64,000 nt of DNA from Obrimoposthia wandeli. Its lineage: Eukaryota. The position numbers and the translations under genes were made by a program. The notes beneath the pieces are model-generated. The model ran no database searches and had not been told where the DNA came from. It saw only the letters and a list, made by a program, of their open reading frames with translations. Below are positions 34,771 through 45,600 of this stretch, piece after piece. The DNA is taken from assembly GCA_977020255.1 (NCBI GenBank), contig CDROCS010000253.1, positions 496,001-560,000 of the forward strand, read 5' to 3'. Position 1 is the first letter of the stretch. Each line of letters starts with the position of its first letter.

Positions 34771-35625
34771 ATGAAATTAATCATTGTCAGTGGTCGCTCA
34801 GGCTCAGGTAAATCAGTTGCACTAAGAGTTTTAGAAGATCTTGGTTATTATTGTGTAGATAACATCCCTATTAATCTCCTACCAGCATTAACCCATACGG
34901 TTATCAATGACTATGAAAATGTTGCCGTAAGTCTAGATGTAAGAAACTTACCTAAAGACCCTCAGGATATCCCGGAAATTATTGCTTATTTACCTAAAGC
35001 GGTAGATGTTAACACACTATTTTTAGATGCCGATGATAATGACTTAATCAGACGATTTAGTGAAACACGCCGTTTACATCCACTTATTCGAGAGAATATG
35101 GCGCTTGATCAGGCTATTGCTTTAGAAAAATCATTACTAGAGCCTATATCTACTAACGCTGATCTCTATATTAATACCAGTCAACTAACCCCCCATCAAC
35201 TAGCTGATTTAGTCAGAGAGCGGATTTTAGGCAAAAAGACGGGCTCTATGGTATTAGTGTTTGAATCGTTTGGTTTTAAACACGGTATCCCTGTTGATGC
35301 TGATTATGTGTTTGACGCTAGGTTTTTACCTAACCCATTTTGGGAGAAGTCACTTAAAGGTAAAACAGGTGTCGATTCTGAGGTAAAGGATTTCCTCGCC
35401 AGCCAAGCTATTGTGACTAAATTTATTTGGCAAATTAACAGCTTTATGATGACTTGGTTACCGCATTTAGAACGAAATAATCGAAGTTATGTCACTATAG
35501 CCATTGGGTGTACTGGTGGTAAGCATAGGTCGGTTTATATCGCTGAAATGTTGGCAAAAAATTTCCGCAAAGAGCGTGAAGATATTCAAACACATCATAG
35601 AGATATTGATGTTAAATCGACCTAA
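34771..35625 (+). CDS. rapZ: RNase adapter RapZ
   Basis: SGRSGSGKS, FESFGFKHG, FLPNP, CTGGKHRSV. Confidence 0.97.
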   Translation: MKLIIVSGRSGSGKSVALRVLEDLGYYCVDNIPINLLPALTHTVINDYENVAVSLDVRNLPKDPQDIPEIIAYLPKAVDVNTLFLDADDNDLIRRFSETRRLHPLIRENMALDQAIALEKSLLEPISTNADLYINTSQLTPHQLADLVRERILGKKTGSMVLVFESFGFKHGIPVDADYVFDARFLPNPFWEKSLKGKTGVDSEVKDFLASQAIVTKFIWQINSFMMTWLPHLERNNRSYVTIAIGCTGGKHRSVYIAEMLAKNFRKEREDIQTHHRDIDVKST

Positions 35626-35639
35626 CAAGGAAGTATGAA

Positions 35640-35915
35640 ATGAGTGTTATATCACAACAAGTGACCATTTGTAATAAGTTAGGTTTACACGCCCGCGCCG
35701 CCACTAAATTAGCGCAGTTAAGCCAAAAATTTGCTGCACAAATCACCCTTGAATTAGCCGGTAAAGAAGCTGACGCTAGTAGTATTATGGCGCTCATGCT
35801 CTTAGCAGGCGGCCAAGGAAAAATTGTCAATATCACCGCACAAGGTGAAGATGCACAACTGGCACTCGCTGAAATATGCCAACTCATTTCTGATAAGTTT
35901 GATGAAGCTGAGTAA
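35640..35915 (+). CDS. npr: Phosphocarrier NPr (HPr family)
   Basis: NKLGLHARAA, ASSIM; end of the rpoN operon. Confidence 0.93.
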   Translation: MSVISQQVTICNKLGLHARAATKLAQLSQKFAAQITLELAGKEADASSIMALMLLAGGQGKIVNITAQGEDAQLALAEICQLISDKFDEAE

Positions 35916-35948
35916 CTAATTTATTACTCCCTTGGTATTAGCCCTAGC

Positions 35949-36296
35949 TATACCCGCTCCACTTGAAGATGCTCATTTCAGGAAACCTGAGCGAATCATA
36001 ATCAAGGCACATTTTTTGTTAAGGGTTATTCCCTTAAAAACAAATGTAACGACGAATATGATTTGCTCCGTTTTCCCCAAAGGGCTGGTTTATAAAAGGC
36101 TCAGAGCTCCCCGTAGGGCTGGTTTAGAAACTCTTTCTGCTGCGTTATTGATTTCGACAATAACGCTACATGGATGTAGCTTATTAGAGAATGCAGGAGC
36201 ATATTCTCCTGAATAACTATTCTCTTCAATCAATGCCTTGCCTAAAGACGTTTCTAATTCCAGCTGAATCCTGCATCTTCAAGTGGCTTGGGTATA
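35949..36296. mobile_element. ERIC-like MITE, copy C (type-1 termini, 348 bp, composite)
   Basis: TIRs TATACCCGCTCCACTTGAAGATGC / GCATCTTCAAGTGGCTTGGGTATA. Two inverted core modules, a duplicated CCCCnnAGGGCTGGTTTA motif and nested small hairpins. Confidence 0.9.
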
Positions 36297-36362
36297 AACC
36301 GCCCTTCATAAGATAAAAAAGCTGATTAAACCACTAAGTTACGATAAACTTAAGGTGACTTT

Positions 36363-36395
36363 CAGCTGTTTCCCAAAGAAAGCTGTTTTTATTTT
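36363..36395 (+). terminator. Terminator-like hairpin in the mgtE leader
   Basis: CAGCTGTTTC-CCAAA-GAAAGCTG followed by TTTTTATTTT. Confidence 0.5.
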
Positions 36396-36481
36396 CATCC
36401 TTAAGCACCCCTGCGTTTCGCGACTTTCTCAGCGACACACTCTTTAGAGGGGTTTCTGTGCACAATATAAGCAGAGTCGCT

Positions 36482-37840
36482 ATGCCAGAAGTATCAGAAC
36501 AAGAGTATAACCAACAAAGATTACAACAGGTCAACGAAGCCCTTGGCAGTGGTATGTTCGTCTACGTACGAAAATTACTACAGCACATGCCTGCTTATGA
36601 TTTAGCCCTTATTTTAGAGTCTTCCACGGCTAAAAGTCGCCCCATTTTGTGGCAACTTATCGATCCAGATTTTCATGGTGAAGTACTCGAAGAGCTTAAT
36701 GAAGAAGTTCGTAAAGGTATTCTTAAAAGCATGCGACCTGAAAAGCTTGCTGCTGTTGCCGAAGGCATGGACGTTGATGATTTAGTCGAAGTTTTACGTA
36801 CACTACCCGATAGTACTTTTAACGAAGTACTCAATTCGATGGACTCGCAAGACCGTAGTCGTGTCGAAGCAGCATTATCTTATGAGGAAGATACTGCTGG
36901 TGGGATAATGAATACCGATACCATCACTTTACGCCCCGATGTAAGTGTTGATGTAGTGTTACGGTACTTACGCTTAAAAGGCAATCTCCCTGATGCAACC
37001 GACTCTTTCTATGTCGTTGACCGTAATAATAACTTTATTGGTGCAGTATCACTTGCGGCCATAGTGACTGCTAAAGCAGAAGTTATTGTCTCAAGTTTGA
37101 TTAATGCTGAAGTTGAAGCGGTGCAAGCCGATATGGACGAGCAAGATGTTGCGCAACTTTTTGAACGCCATGATTGGTTTTCTGCTCCCGTTGTTGATGA
37201 AGCAGGTCACTTACTTGGTCGTATTACTATTGATGATGTCATTGATATTATTAGAGAAAATGCAGAGCACTCCATGATGAGTATGGCTGGTTTAGATGAT
37301 GAGGCAGATACTTTTGCTCCCGTCATTAAAAGTACTAAACAGCGTTCATTATGGCTTGGCGTTAATCTTATCACCGCATTAATGGCAGTTGCTGTCACCA
37401 GTATGTTTGAGGGTGTTTTTCAGCAGTTAGCCATTTTAGCGGTATTAAATTCTTTAGTGCCTAGTATGGGTGGCGTTGCCGGCAATCAAACCTTAACGCT
37501 GGTTATTCGTGGTATGGCGTTAGGTCATGTTGGTGATAGTAACGCTCGTGCACTGCTCAGTAAAGAAGTGGCAATTGGATTTTTAAATGGTGTTATTTGG
37601 GCAACATTAATTGCGACTGTGGTAGCTATTTGGAAACAGGACTTAATGCTTGGTGGCGTGATTGCGTTTGCTATGCTGATGAACATGACTGCTGCGGGCC
37701 TTGCTGGTGTAAGTATTCCGTTGTTATTAAAGCGCCTCAATATAGATCCTGCATTGGCAGGTAGCGTAATTATTACCACGGTAACTGATGTAGTCGGTAT
37801 TTTCGCTTTTCTAGGAACCGCAACGTTATTTCTTACTTAG
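36482..37840 (+). CDS. mgtE: Magnesium transporter MgtE
   Basis: N domain, CBS pair (TAGGIMNT), TM domain GGVAGNQT and IITTVTDVVG. Start set at MPEVSE. Confidence 0.96.
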   Translation: MPEVSEQEYNQQRLQQVNEALGSGMFVYVRKLLQHMPAYDLALILESSTAKSRPILWQLIDPDFHGEVLEELNEEVRKGILKSMRPEKLAAVAEGMDVDDLVEVLRTLPDSTFNEVLNSMDSQDRSRVEAALSYEEDTAGGIMNTDTITLRPDVSVDVVLRYLRLKGNLPDATDSFYVVDRNNNFIGAVSLAAIVTAKAEVIVSSLINAEVEAVQADMDEQDVAQLFERHDWFSAPVVDEAGHLLGRITIDDVIDIIRENAEHSMMSMAGLDDEADTFAPVIKSTKQRSLWLGVNLITALMAVAVTSMFEGVFQQLAILAVLNSLVPSMGGVAGNQTLTLVIRGMALGHVGDSNARALLSKEVAIGFLNGVIWATLIATVVAIWKQDLMLGGVIAFAMLMNMTAAGLAGVSIPLLLKRLNIDPALAGSVIITTVTDVVGIFAFLGTATLFLT

Positions 37841-37900
37841 TACTATTTATCGAGTGCTTTACGAGTACTATTTACCGAGTAATAGTTACCTAGTTTCATC

Positions 37901-37941
37901 AAAAAAAACGTCACCAATATTACATTGATGACGCTTTTTTA
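37901..37941. terminator. Bidirectional terminator between mgtE and pmbA
   Basis: A8-CGTCACCAAT-loop-ATTGATGACG-C-T7. Confidence 0.8.
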
Positions 37942-37981
37942 TTACTCGCTTTACTCATAATTATAGTAATAACGTTACTGT

Positions 37982-39343
37982 TTAATGTCCGGCAACTTGC
38001 ATCTCATCAATTAGAATTGAACCTGTACGGATACTACCGCGCATATCCACATCAGAGCCAACAGCAACAATACCTTTGAACATTTGAGCTAAATTACCTG
38101 CGATGGTAATTTCACTTACAGGATAAGCAATTTCACCATTTTCTACCCAAAATCCTGCCGCGCCGCGGGAGTAATCGCCATTAACAACATTGACTCCTTG
38201 CCCCATTAATTCAGTAACCAACAAACCTGTGCCTAAGGTTTTTAACATAGCGTCCAAACTGCCATCGTGTCCTTGCGCATCGACCAACCAGTTATGAATG
38301 CCACCAGCATGTCCTGTGGTAGTTAAGCCTAACTTACGAGCAGAATAACTCGTCAATAAGTAAGTTTGTAATGCTCCTTGACTAATTATTTCTCGATCCT
38401 GCGTTAAAACCCCCTCACTATCAAAAGCACTACTCGCTAACGCCTTCGCAATATGAGGCCTCTCACTAATATTTAAAAACTTAGGAAAAACATCATTACC
38501 AATAGCATCAAGCAAGAAAGATGATTTACGGTATAAGTTACCACCACTAATTGCCGCTATAAAGTGTCCCCATATTGTATTGGCAATATCAGCTCTGAAT
38601 AATACCGGTACTTTACCCGTTGGGATTGTTTGTGGTTTTAAACGGGATAAAACTTCTTGTGAGGCTTGTAGACCAACATTTTTAGCGCTTTCTAGTAAAG
38701 AGAACTCTCGACTAACCGTGTAGGCATAGTCACGTTCCATATCGTCACCATCACTGGCAATCATCACACAGCTTAAGCTATGGCGAGTACTTGGGTAACC
38801 GACTAACTGGCCATAACTATTTCCATAAACTTTAAAACCTGAAAAGGTATCAAAGTTAGCACCATCTGAATTACTAACACGCTGGTCAACGGCTAAGGCG
38901 CTTTCTTCACATTCTTTGGCCAGCTCAATCGCCTCTTCAGTACTTATTTCATGGGGATGATATAAATCCAAATCAATCGGTTGCATTGCAAGAAGGGACT
39001 TATCAGCTAGACCTGAACAATCATCTACCGAGGTATATTTAGCAATGTTTACCGCTGCGGTAACTGTTTGAATTAATGCTTTTTCTGACAAGTCAGCTGT
39101 AGAAGCACTACCTTTACGGCCTTCACGGTAAACAGTGATACCTAAACCACCATCATTAGTAAACTCAACATTTTCCACTTCACCCATGCGCGTACCGACA
39201 CTTAAGCCTTGTTGGCGGCTCATAGCAACTTCAGCACCATCTGCGCCAAGTGATTTTGCAAGTTCAAGTACCGTGCTAACACGTGCTTTAACTTCGCTGA
39301 GTTGTGTAGTAATTGGATCATGCGATTTAGAGGCTAGGGTCAT
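37982..39343 (-). CDS. pmbA: Metalloprotease subunit PmbA (TldE)
   Basis: GSASTADLS, FDSEGV, GDYSRGAAGFWVENGEIAYPV. Confidence 0.95.
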   Translation of the reverse strand: MTLASKSHDPITTQLSEVKARVSTVLELAKSLGADGAEVAMSRQQGLSVGTRMGEVENVEFTNDGGLGITVYREGRKGSASTADLSEKALIQTVTAAVNIAKYTSVDDCSGLADKSLLAMQPIDLDLYHPHEISTEEAIELAKECEESALAVDQRVSNSDGANFDTFSGFKVYGNSYGQLVGYPSTRHSLSCVMIASDGDDMERDYAYTVSREFSLLESAKNVGLQASQEVLSRLKPQTIPTGKVPVLFRADIANTIWGHFIAAISGGNLYRKSSFLLDAIGNDVFPKFLNISERPHIAKALASSAFDSEGVLTQDREIISQGALQTYLLTSYSARKLGLTTTGHAGGIHNWLVDAQGHDGSLDAMLKTLGTGLLVTELMGQGVNVVNGDYSRGAAGFWVENGEIAYPVSEITIAGNLAQMFKGIVAVGSDVDMRGSIRTGSILIDEMQVAGH

Positions 39344-39471
39344 ATTGGTTTCTACTTTCTCTTTTCTTTAGTAAGGAGTAATAAGGCGTAAACAGTGACT
39401 TAGAGTTTTATTAAAATAGTGATATAATAAGAGCAATTATTATTTATTTTAACATGGTATTAGACATTATT

Positions 39472-39996
39472 ATGCCCCAGTCAGCCAAAGATATCGACGA
39501 ATCTTCAGAAGAAATGGAAGAAGAGTTAAAAAGTAAAAGCGAAGTTAAGCGTGAAATGCATAAATTACAAGATTTCGCACAGAGCTTAATAGAAATGTCT
39601 AAGCATCAACGAAGTCGCTTACCCTTAAGTGATGACATAAAAGATGCCATGATTTTAGCCGATAAGATCAGCAATAAACATGAAGCTTTACGACGCCACA
39701 TTCGTCATACCGCTAGGATACTTTTGGAAACCGACCTTGAGCCAATTCACCATGCTATTGAAGTTATGGCCAATAAGCACCAACAAGAAACAGCAAAATT
39801 TGTTCGTTTAGAAGTGATTAGAGATGAATTAATTGATCAGGGAAATGACGCTGTTGAAGCCTTGATTAGTGAATTTCCACAAATAGAGCGACAAAAAATC
39901 AAGCAGTTGATTCGCCATGCAGCAAAAGAGAAAAAAGCAGAAAAATTGGGTAAGCATTATAAAAACTTGTTCACTTACCTAAAAGAAAATGCCTAA
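39472..39996 (+). CDS. yjgA: Ribosome biogenesis factor YjgA (DarP)
   Basis: SKSEVKREM, RRHIRH, ERQKIKQLIRHA; divergent from pmbA. Confidence 0.9.
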   Translation: MPQSAKDIDESSEEMEEELKSKSEVKREMHKLQDFAQSLIEMSKHQRSRLPLSDDIKDAMILADKISNKHEALRRHIRHTARILLETDLEPIHHAIEVMANKHQQETAKFVRLEVIRDELIDQGNDAVEALISEFPQIERQKIKQLIRHAAKEKKAEKLGKHYKNLFTYLKENA

Positions 39997-40036
39997 AAGC
40001 TAAATAGAAGCGATTAAATAGGTAAAGAAAATAAGT

Positions 40037-40068
40037 ATTAGCAAGCACTATCAATAGTGCTTGCTAAT
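40037..40068. terminator. Perfect 15-bp inverted repeat, probable bidirectional terminator
   Basis: ATTAGCAAGCACTAT-CA-ATAGTGCTTGCTAAT between the convergent yjgA and tldD. Confidence 0.7.
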
Positions 40069-40101
40069 GTTATTGTTCACTAACTTAGTAAAATTCGCTA
40101 A

Positions 40102-41547
40102 TTACTGCGTACCACCAATAGTCATTTCATCAATTTTAAGCGTAGGTTGACCAACCCCAACCGGTATACTTTGACCATCTTTACCACACACGCCAACACC
40201 GGCATCAAATTTTAAATCGTTACCGACCATACTGATCCGCTTCATAGCTTCAGGTCCATTACCTATTAACGTAGCACCTTTTACCGGTGACGTTATTTTA
40301 CCATCTTCAATCAAATAGGCCTCTGAACTGGTAAAAACAAACTTACCCGACGTAATATCTACCTGCCCACCAGCAAAATTTGGTGCATAAATACCTTTTT
40401 TAACCGACTTAATAATATCCTCAGGACTAGACTCTCCTGCTAACATATAAGTATTAGTCATTCGTGGCATAGGTAAATGGGCATATGATTCGCGTCTACC
40501 ATTACCTGTTGGTTTCACGCCCATTAAGCCAGCATTATGCTTATCTTGCATGTAGCCTTTTAAGATACCCTTTTCGATTAATACGTTATATTGTCCAGGG
40601 GTGCCTTCATCATCAATAGAGATTGAACCACGACGATCAGCCAACGTGCCATCATCAACAATAGTACAAAGTTCAGAAGTAACCTGTTGGCCAACTTTAC
40701 CTGAGAATGCTGAAGAGCCTTTACGGTTAAAGTCTCCTTCTAAACCATGCCCTACCGCTTCATGCAGTAATACACCTGGCCAACCTGCTCCTAATACAAC
40801 AGGGTAAGTACCTGCTGGCGCTTCAATGGCAACTAAGTTAACTAAAGCTTGTCTAACTGATTCTTCAGCATAAGCGAGGTAACGTGGTTTGTTATCACCC
40901 GCTGCAACTTCAAAGAAGTAACTATAATCTGTACGAGCACCGCCACCAGCACTGGCACGTTCACGCTTACCATTTTCTTCAACTAATACCGAACAGTTTA
41001 AGCGAACTAATGGACGAATATCGGTACCAAAGGTGCCATCACTAGCACTCACTAAAATAGTTTCATAAACACCTGATATGCTAGCAATAACCTGCTTAAC
41101 ACGGCTATCAACTTGGCGAGCATGTGCTTCAATTTGATGTAATAAGTCAATTTTTTTCTCTTGCGTTAAACTACCAAGCGGCTCAACTGATTGATAAACT
41201 TCAATGGGTGATTGACGAGTAAACGCTTTAACGGTTGCACCAGTACCGCTATCTGCAATACCTTTTGCCGCATCGGCCGCCTGCTGAAGTGCTTCAGGAG
41301 TAATATCATCAGAATAAGCAAAGCCTGTTTTTTCGCCTGAAATAGCTCTTACACCAACACCTCGTTCAATGTTATATGAACCTTCTTTGACAATGCCATC
41401 TTCTAAAACCCAGGTTTCATGCTGACTCGCTTGAAAATAAAAATCAGCATAATCAACTTTTCGTCCCATCATACTGTTTAAGGTTTTTGATAACATTTCT
41501 TCATCAATATGACTATCACTTAATAAGGATTTTTCAACTATATTCAT
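40102..41547 (-). CDS. tldD: Metalloprotease TldD
   Basis: [11 protein letters not shown] (HExxxH), DDEG, PRMTNT, CGKDGQ. Confidence 0.97.
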   Translation of the reverse strand: MNIVEKSLLSDSHIDEEMLSKTLNSMMGRKVDYADFYFQASQHETWVLEDGIVKEGSYNIERGVGVRAISGEKTGFAYSDDITPEALQQAADAAKGIADSGTGATVKAFTRQSPIEVYQSVEPLGSLTQEKKIDLLHQIEAHARQVDSRVKQVIASISGVYETILVSASDGTFGTDIRPLVRLNCSVLVEENGKRERASAGGGARTDYSYFFEVAAGDNKPRYLAYAEESVRQALVNLVAIEAPAGTYPVVLGAGWPGVLLHEAVGHGLEGDFNRKGSSAFSGKVGQQVTSELCTIVDDGTLADRRGSISIDDEGTPGQYNVLIEKGILKGYMQDKHNAGLMGVKPTGNGRRESYAHLPMPRMTNTYMLAGESSPEDIIKSVKKGIYAPNFAGGQVDITSGKFVFTSSEAYLIEDGKITSPVKGATLIGNGPEAMKRISMVGNDLKFDAGVGVCGKDGQSIPVGVGQPTLKIDEMTIGGTQ

Positions 41548-41598
41548 TAGGTCTTAGCTCTACTTCTATGTTCTTTAATTATAATCAAATTGCTGCTA

Positions 41599-41775
41599 TA
41601 TACCCAAGCCACTTGAAGCTGTGTGTTTCAGGGGTCCCCATAGGGCTGGTTTAGAAACGCTTTATGCTACGTTATTAATTTTGAGAAGGGAGTAACCATT
41701 CTCTTCAATCAATGCCTTGCCTAAAGGCGTTTCTAATTACAGCTGAAACCTGTATCTTCATATGGTTTGGGTATA
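41599..41775. mobile_element. ERIC-like MITE, copy D (type-1 termini, 177 bp, single module)
   Basis: TATACCCAAGCCACTTGAAG...CTTCATATGGTTTGGGTATA; overlaps the last codons of the nitrilase gene. Confidence 0.9.
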
Positions 41776-42606
41776 TGTATTCAGCGGCGAGTTCAAAGGC
41801 ATGCTTTGACGTATGCGTGTTAATTCTTCAGGGTGATAGTCGATTGAAATATAACCTTCACCTGTTTCAATACTCTGTTCAATTTCGCCCCAAGGATTAA
41901 TAATCATTGAGTGACCCCAAGTTTCGCGACCATTTTCATGAATGCCCTCTTGACCTGCAGCAATTATATAGACTTGGTTTTCAATAGCTCTTGCTTGCAA
42001 TAATGCTTGCCAGTGCGCTTTTCCAGTTACTCTTGTAAAAGCACTGGGTACAGTAATAATGTCAGCGCCAGCTTTAGATAGTTGCTGAAACAAATTAGGA
42101 AAGCGTAAATCGAAACAAACCGATAGACCAATGTTAGCGAACTCGGCATCAACAACACTTATTTCTTTACCTGCTTGGGTATAACGAGATTCACAATAAC
42201 TTTTAGTATTATCACTCACATTAACATCAAATAAATGAATTTTATCGTATTGTCCTATTAACTCACCACAAGGATTAAAAACACAACTGCTATTAGTAAA
42301 CTTTGTAGCAGACTCCGTTAAAATAGGGATAGTACCGGCCACTAAGAAAACTTTAAATTTTTTGGCAAGTGCTCCAAGCGCTAAACAAAGGTCACTACCT
42401 TTTGAAGAGTTTAGTGCCGATTTTTTTGCCAAATCCAATTGTTCACTGTCTTTACTACCAAAATACAAACAACACTCTGGTAATACTACTAAGTGCTGAG
42501 TATCATCTTGGCTAGCAGTAATTTTAGTCAGTAACTCAGCTATCGTAGCAAGGTTCGTGGCGACATTAGCCGCTGAGGATAACTGTATCGCACTCAATTT
42601 AACCAT
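41758..42606 (-). CDS. Carbon-nitrogen hydrolase (Nit1/deaminated glutathione amidase family)
   Basis: Glu-Lys-Cys triad LPEC, YDKIHLFD, VCFDLRF; RAIENQ, TWGHSM. Confidence 0.93.
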   Translation of the reverse strand: MVKLSAIQLSSAANVATNLATIAELLTKITASQDDTQHLVVLPECCLYFGSKDSEQLDLAKKSALNSSKGSDLCLALGALAKKFKVFLVAGTIPILTESATKFTNSSCVFNPCGELIGQYDKIHLFDVNVSDNTKSYCESRYTQAGKEISVVDAEFANIGLSVCFDLRFPNLFQQLSKAGADIITVPSAFTRVTGKAHWQALLQARAIENQVYIIAAGQEGIHENGRETWGHSMIINPWGEIEQSIETGEGYISIDYHPEELTRIRQSMPLNSPLNTYTQTI

Positions 42607-45600
42607 TCGTTGCCTTATCTTTAGAGGTAGGTGGTGTTTCTATCGTCGAGTCTTCTTGTTTAGCATCTTCTGTCGGTACTGTGGTATCAACACTAACATC
42701 CCTGCTCTTACGATTAACTTCTTGAAAATCAGGATTTTCGATCGTACCAGTAAGTTTAAACTTAAATTCAGAAACTACCTGAGATTTAATAACTTGATCG
42801 ATAGCTACGCCTGCCAGGAATGTTACTGGGTTCAGCGTTGCTATCCAAGCTAATACAGGTAAGCTTGAGGTTAAATTTGGCTTGTAGGACATCTCATAAT
42901 CAAGTTCACCTGTTACCAGATTCGTATGACCCGTCATAAACAAATCACCTGCGGTGCCATTCATTTCGGTATTATTGGTCGTTAACAATCCCTGATTTAA
43001 TTGATAGCTTCCTTTGATATTACTGTAAAACATACCATCACTAAAAATATCACGAAAGTCGAGTGTTAATTTACGTACCAGTGATTTTAAACTAAGCACT
43101 GAGAATATTTTTGCTTTATCACTTACATCGGCTAAATAACCATCATCAAGTCGTCCATTAACAGTGCCGTTTAACTGGCTAAGTACAAAGTCATGTAAGC
43201 CTCCAGCCCAATTGAGATTTACCTCAACCTTAGCGCCACTGTCTTTAATGATTGATTCATAACCTGCTGCTTTTAATTCTGTTTCTATGTCATCCACCGC
43301 TAGCTTGCCTGCTAACGAGGTTGTTGACTCTTGCTCATTATGAAGCCAACGACCGGTTAGATTTAATGTTGTTTTATCTCGCGTTGCCGTGAAGTTGGTA
43401 AACTCTACCGTCTGATGGTCAACACGTTTAACGTCTATATCAACCTTCCCTAGATTTAATAAGCCAATAGTACAGCGATCACAATGGAACTTCATCGGCG
43501 GGATATTAGCAAAGACAATATCATTTTCAGCTTTATCTGGCTGTTGACTTAGTGGTGACAAAGTCGCCTCTTTAGCTTCATTGTTCTGAGGCAGAGTTAA
43601 AAATTCAGCATTAATATCTAAGCCTTGCGCTAACCAGTCAGGATAAATTTTTAGTTGACTACGCGTTTCTTTAGCATTGAGTTGTAATAACCACCATTGT
43701 GATTTATCTAACAAGTTAAAAGAGACATTATGGAGATCCTGTCCCAATATTTTCAACTGACCAATTGAGCCCCTAATCCTTTTTGGCTTAGCTAAAAAAG
43801 GCATCGAGTTTGCTTGTTCTACACTCATTAAGTTTTCTTGCTTTGCATTTATTGAGGGTTGATTAGTACTGCCTAGAATGTCGCTGATTAATGGCTGCCA
43901 TTTCGAAAAGTCAGCGTGGGCGAGTTTTGTGGTGATATGAAAACCATCACCAGGTAGAGCCATAGTGCCTTTGCCAAACATTAAATTAGCGCGAGTAAAT
44001 GCAGTACTTTGGTGTTCGAGCAATCCTGAAAAGTGCAATTTATCACCGTAACTTAGTACAACAGTAGACTGGCCTATATTGCCATTAATTTGTACCGACA
44101 GAGCATTTTCTTGTTGCTCGTTACGCTGATAAGGCGCTGGCAATAACAGTTGGGTATTATTTAATTCACTATCAAAATTTGCTGAGTAAGAAAAGCCGCC
44201 CTCATGGTGCTGGTTTAGCGATAATTTTCCTTGCCATGCTAGTTCACCCTGCGTATATCGACGTAATTTTTCGGGGACAGAGGGTAACCATGTAGACTCT
44301 TGCCATAATGCGGCTAAGTTAATCTCGGTATTGTAATAATCGGCTTTATCCATACCTGATATATCAAGTGTAATGGGTAATCCTTGCCACAGTAACGTTA
44401 AATTTTTAGTACTAATTTTATCGTTACTAAAGTTAAACTGCCCTTGAACCTCACTAAAGTTCATCCGAGGGGCTTGCAAGGCAACTTGATTATTATCAAA
44501 GTGAATAGAGCCACTTGCCAGTGCTTGCTCATTATTATTAAGGGGTAGATTTAAATGAAATTCGCCACTTACCTCTCCATTAATTTTCAACTGCTCTAAC
44601 ACACTACCAACACTGTCTTGGAATGGACTTTGATTCATCAAATCGCCAATATAACGTGCTTGAGTTGGCTTTATCTCGGCATCTACCGTTAAAATTTGAC
44701 CATGGGCTAAATCAGCAATACCTGCGCTAACACCTGTAACATCTAAACCGGTTAACTTGCCGCCTCGACCGGTTATTAACATCGAATTATTGGTAAAATT
44801 CAAATTGGCAACAAAGTCAGTTATCGCTGGCCAGTTTTCTACAAATTTAAACTCTGACTTGCTCAACTCGGCATCAACGACAAAAATACCGCTACCATCA
44901 GTAAACGGAAAACGGCTAATAGGTCCATTAATTAATACTTGTGCATTTTCAACACGACCTGAAACAACGGCTGCATTTAAGTAATTAACTAAATTTGTAC
45001 TCATGATAGGTAAAGGTAAATAACGCCCCACTAAGCCAGCATTACCATTGGAGACATTAACTAATAAAGCTAAATTGACCTCACTATCGATGGGAGCCTC
45101 AACTTTCACTTGCGCTGATAAGTTAATTTCTTTGGATAGAAAATCAAATTCTTCGACCGTCAATGCCCAGCCTTTATCATCAAATGCAGCATTTAGTTGT
45201 CCTGACAGTTTTTGATAAGGAAAAGCTTCTACAAACAACTTATCAAAATCTAACTTACCTTGCTCTGCATTAAAGTCTACGGCTAAATAATTATCTGCAT
45301 AACTGAGCTTTCCAGAGACATTTTCTAGACCCGGAATACCGTGACTATAACTATTATTAAACGCAGAGAAGTTTGTTACTATTTGCAGTTCGTTATTTTG
45401 GTGACGAATATATAGGTCTGTAATTTTTCCCGTTAAGGTCATCTCAGAGAGTAAATTTCGGGTTGCTTTTTTTTCTACGATCAATGGTGTTAGTTGGGCG
45501 AGCATCGCCACATCAATTTCAGATAGATGTAAGGAGACGTCCTTTTCTTGTTTAGCTAACATAGCAGTAAATTGTTGTGGTTTTTTCTCATTAAGCTGTA

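Noticed and set aside
35932-36216. 94-aa ORF
   Set aside because: Lies almost wholly inside MITE C, has no recognisable motif or RBS, and is not a transposase.
36335-36370. Resemblance to part of the M-box (ykoK) riboswitch (CGA...TAAGGTGA...CAGCTG)
   Set aside because: The conserved 5' and 3' M-box segments are absent, so the short match is probably chance. Kept only as a generic leader candidate.
37839-37880. 17-bp direct repeat AGTACTATTTAyCGAGT x2 after mgtE
   Set aside because: Only two copies with an 8-bp spacer; not a CRISPR array, and no function can be supported.
41712-41900. 62-aa ORF spanning MITE D and the nitrilase end
   Set aside because: Antisense to the nitrilase and partly derived from the repeat.
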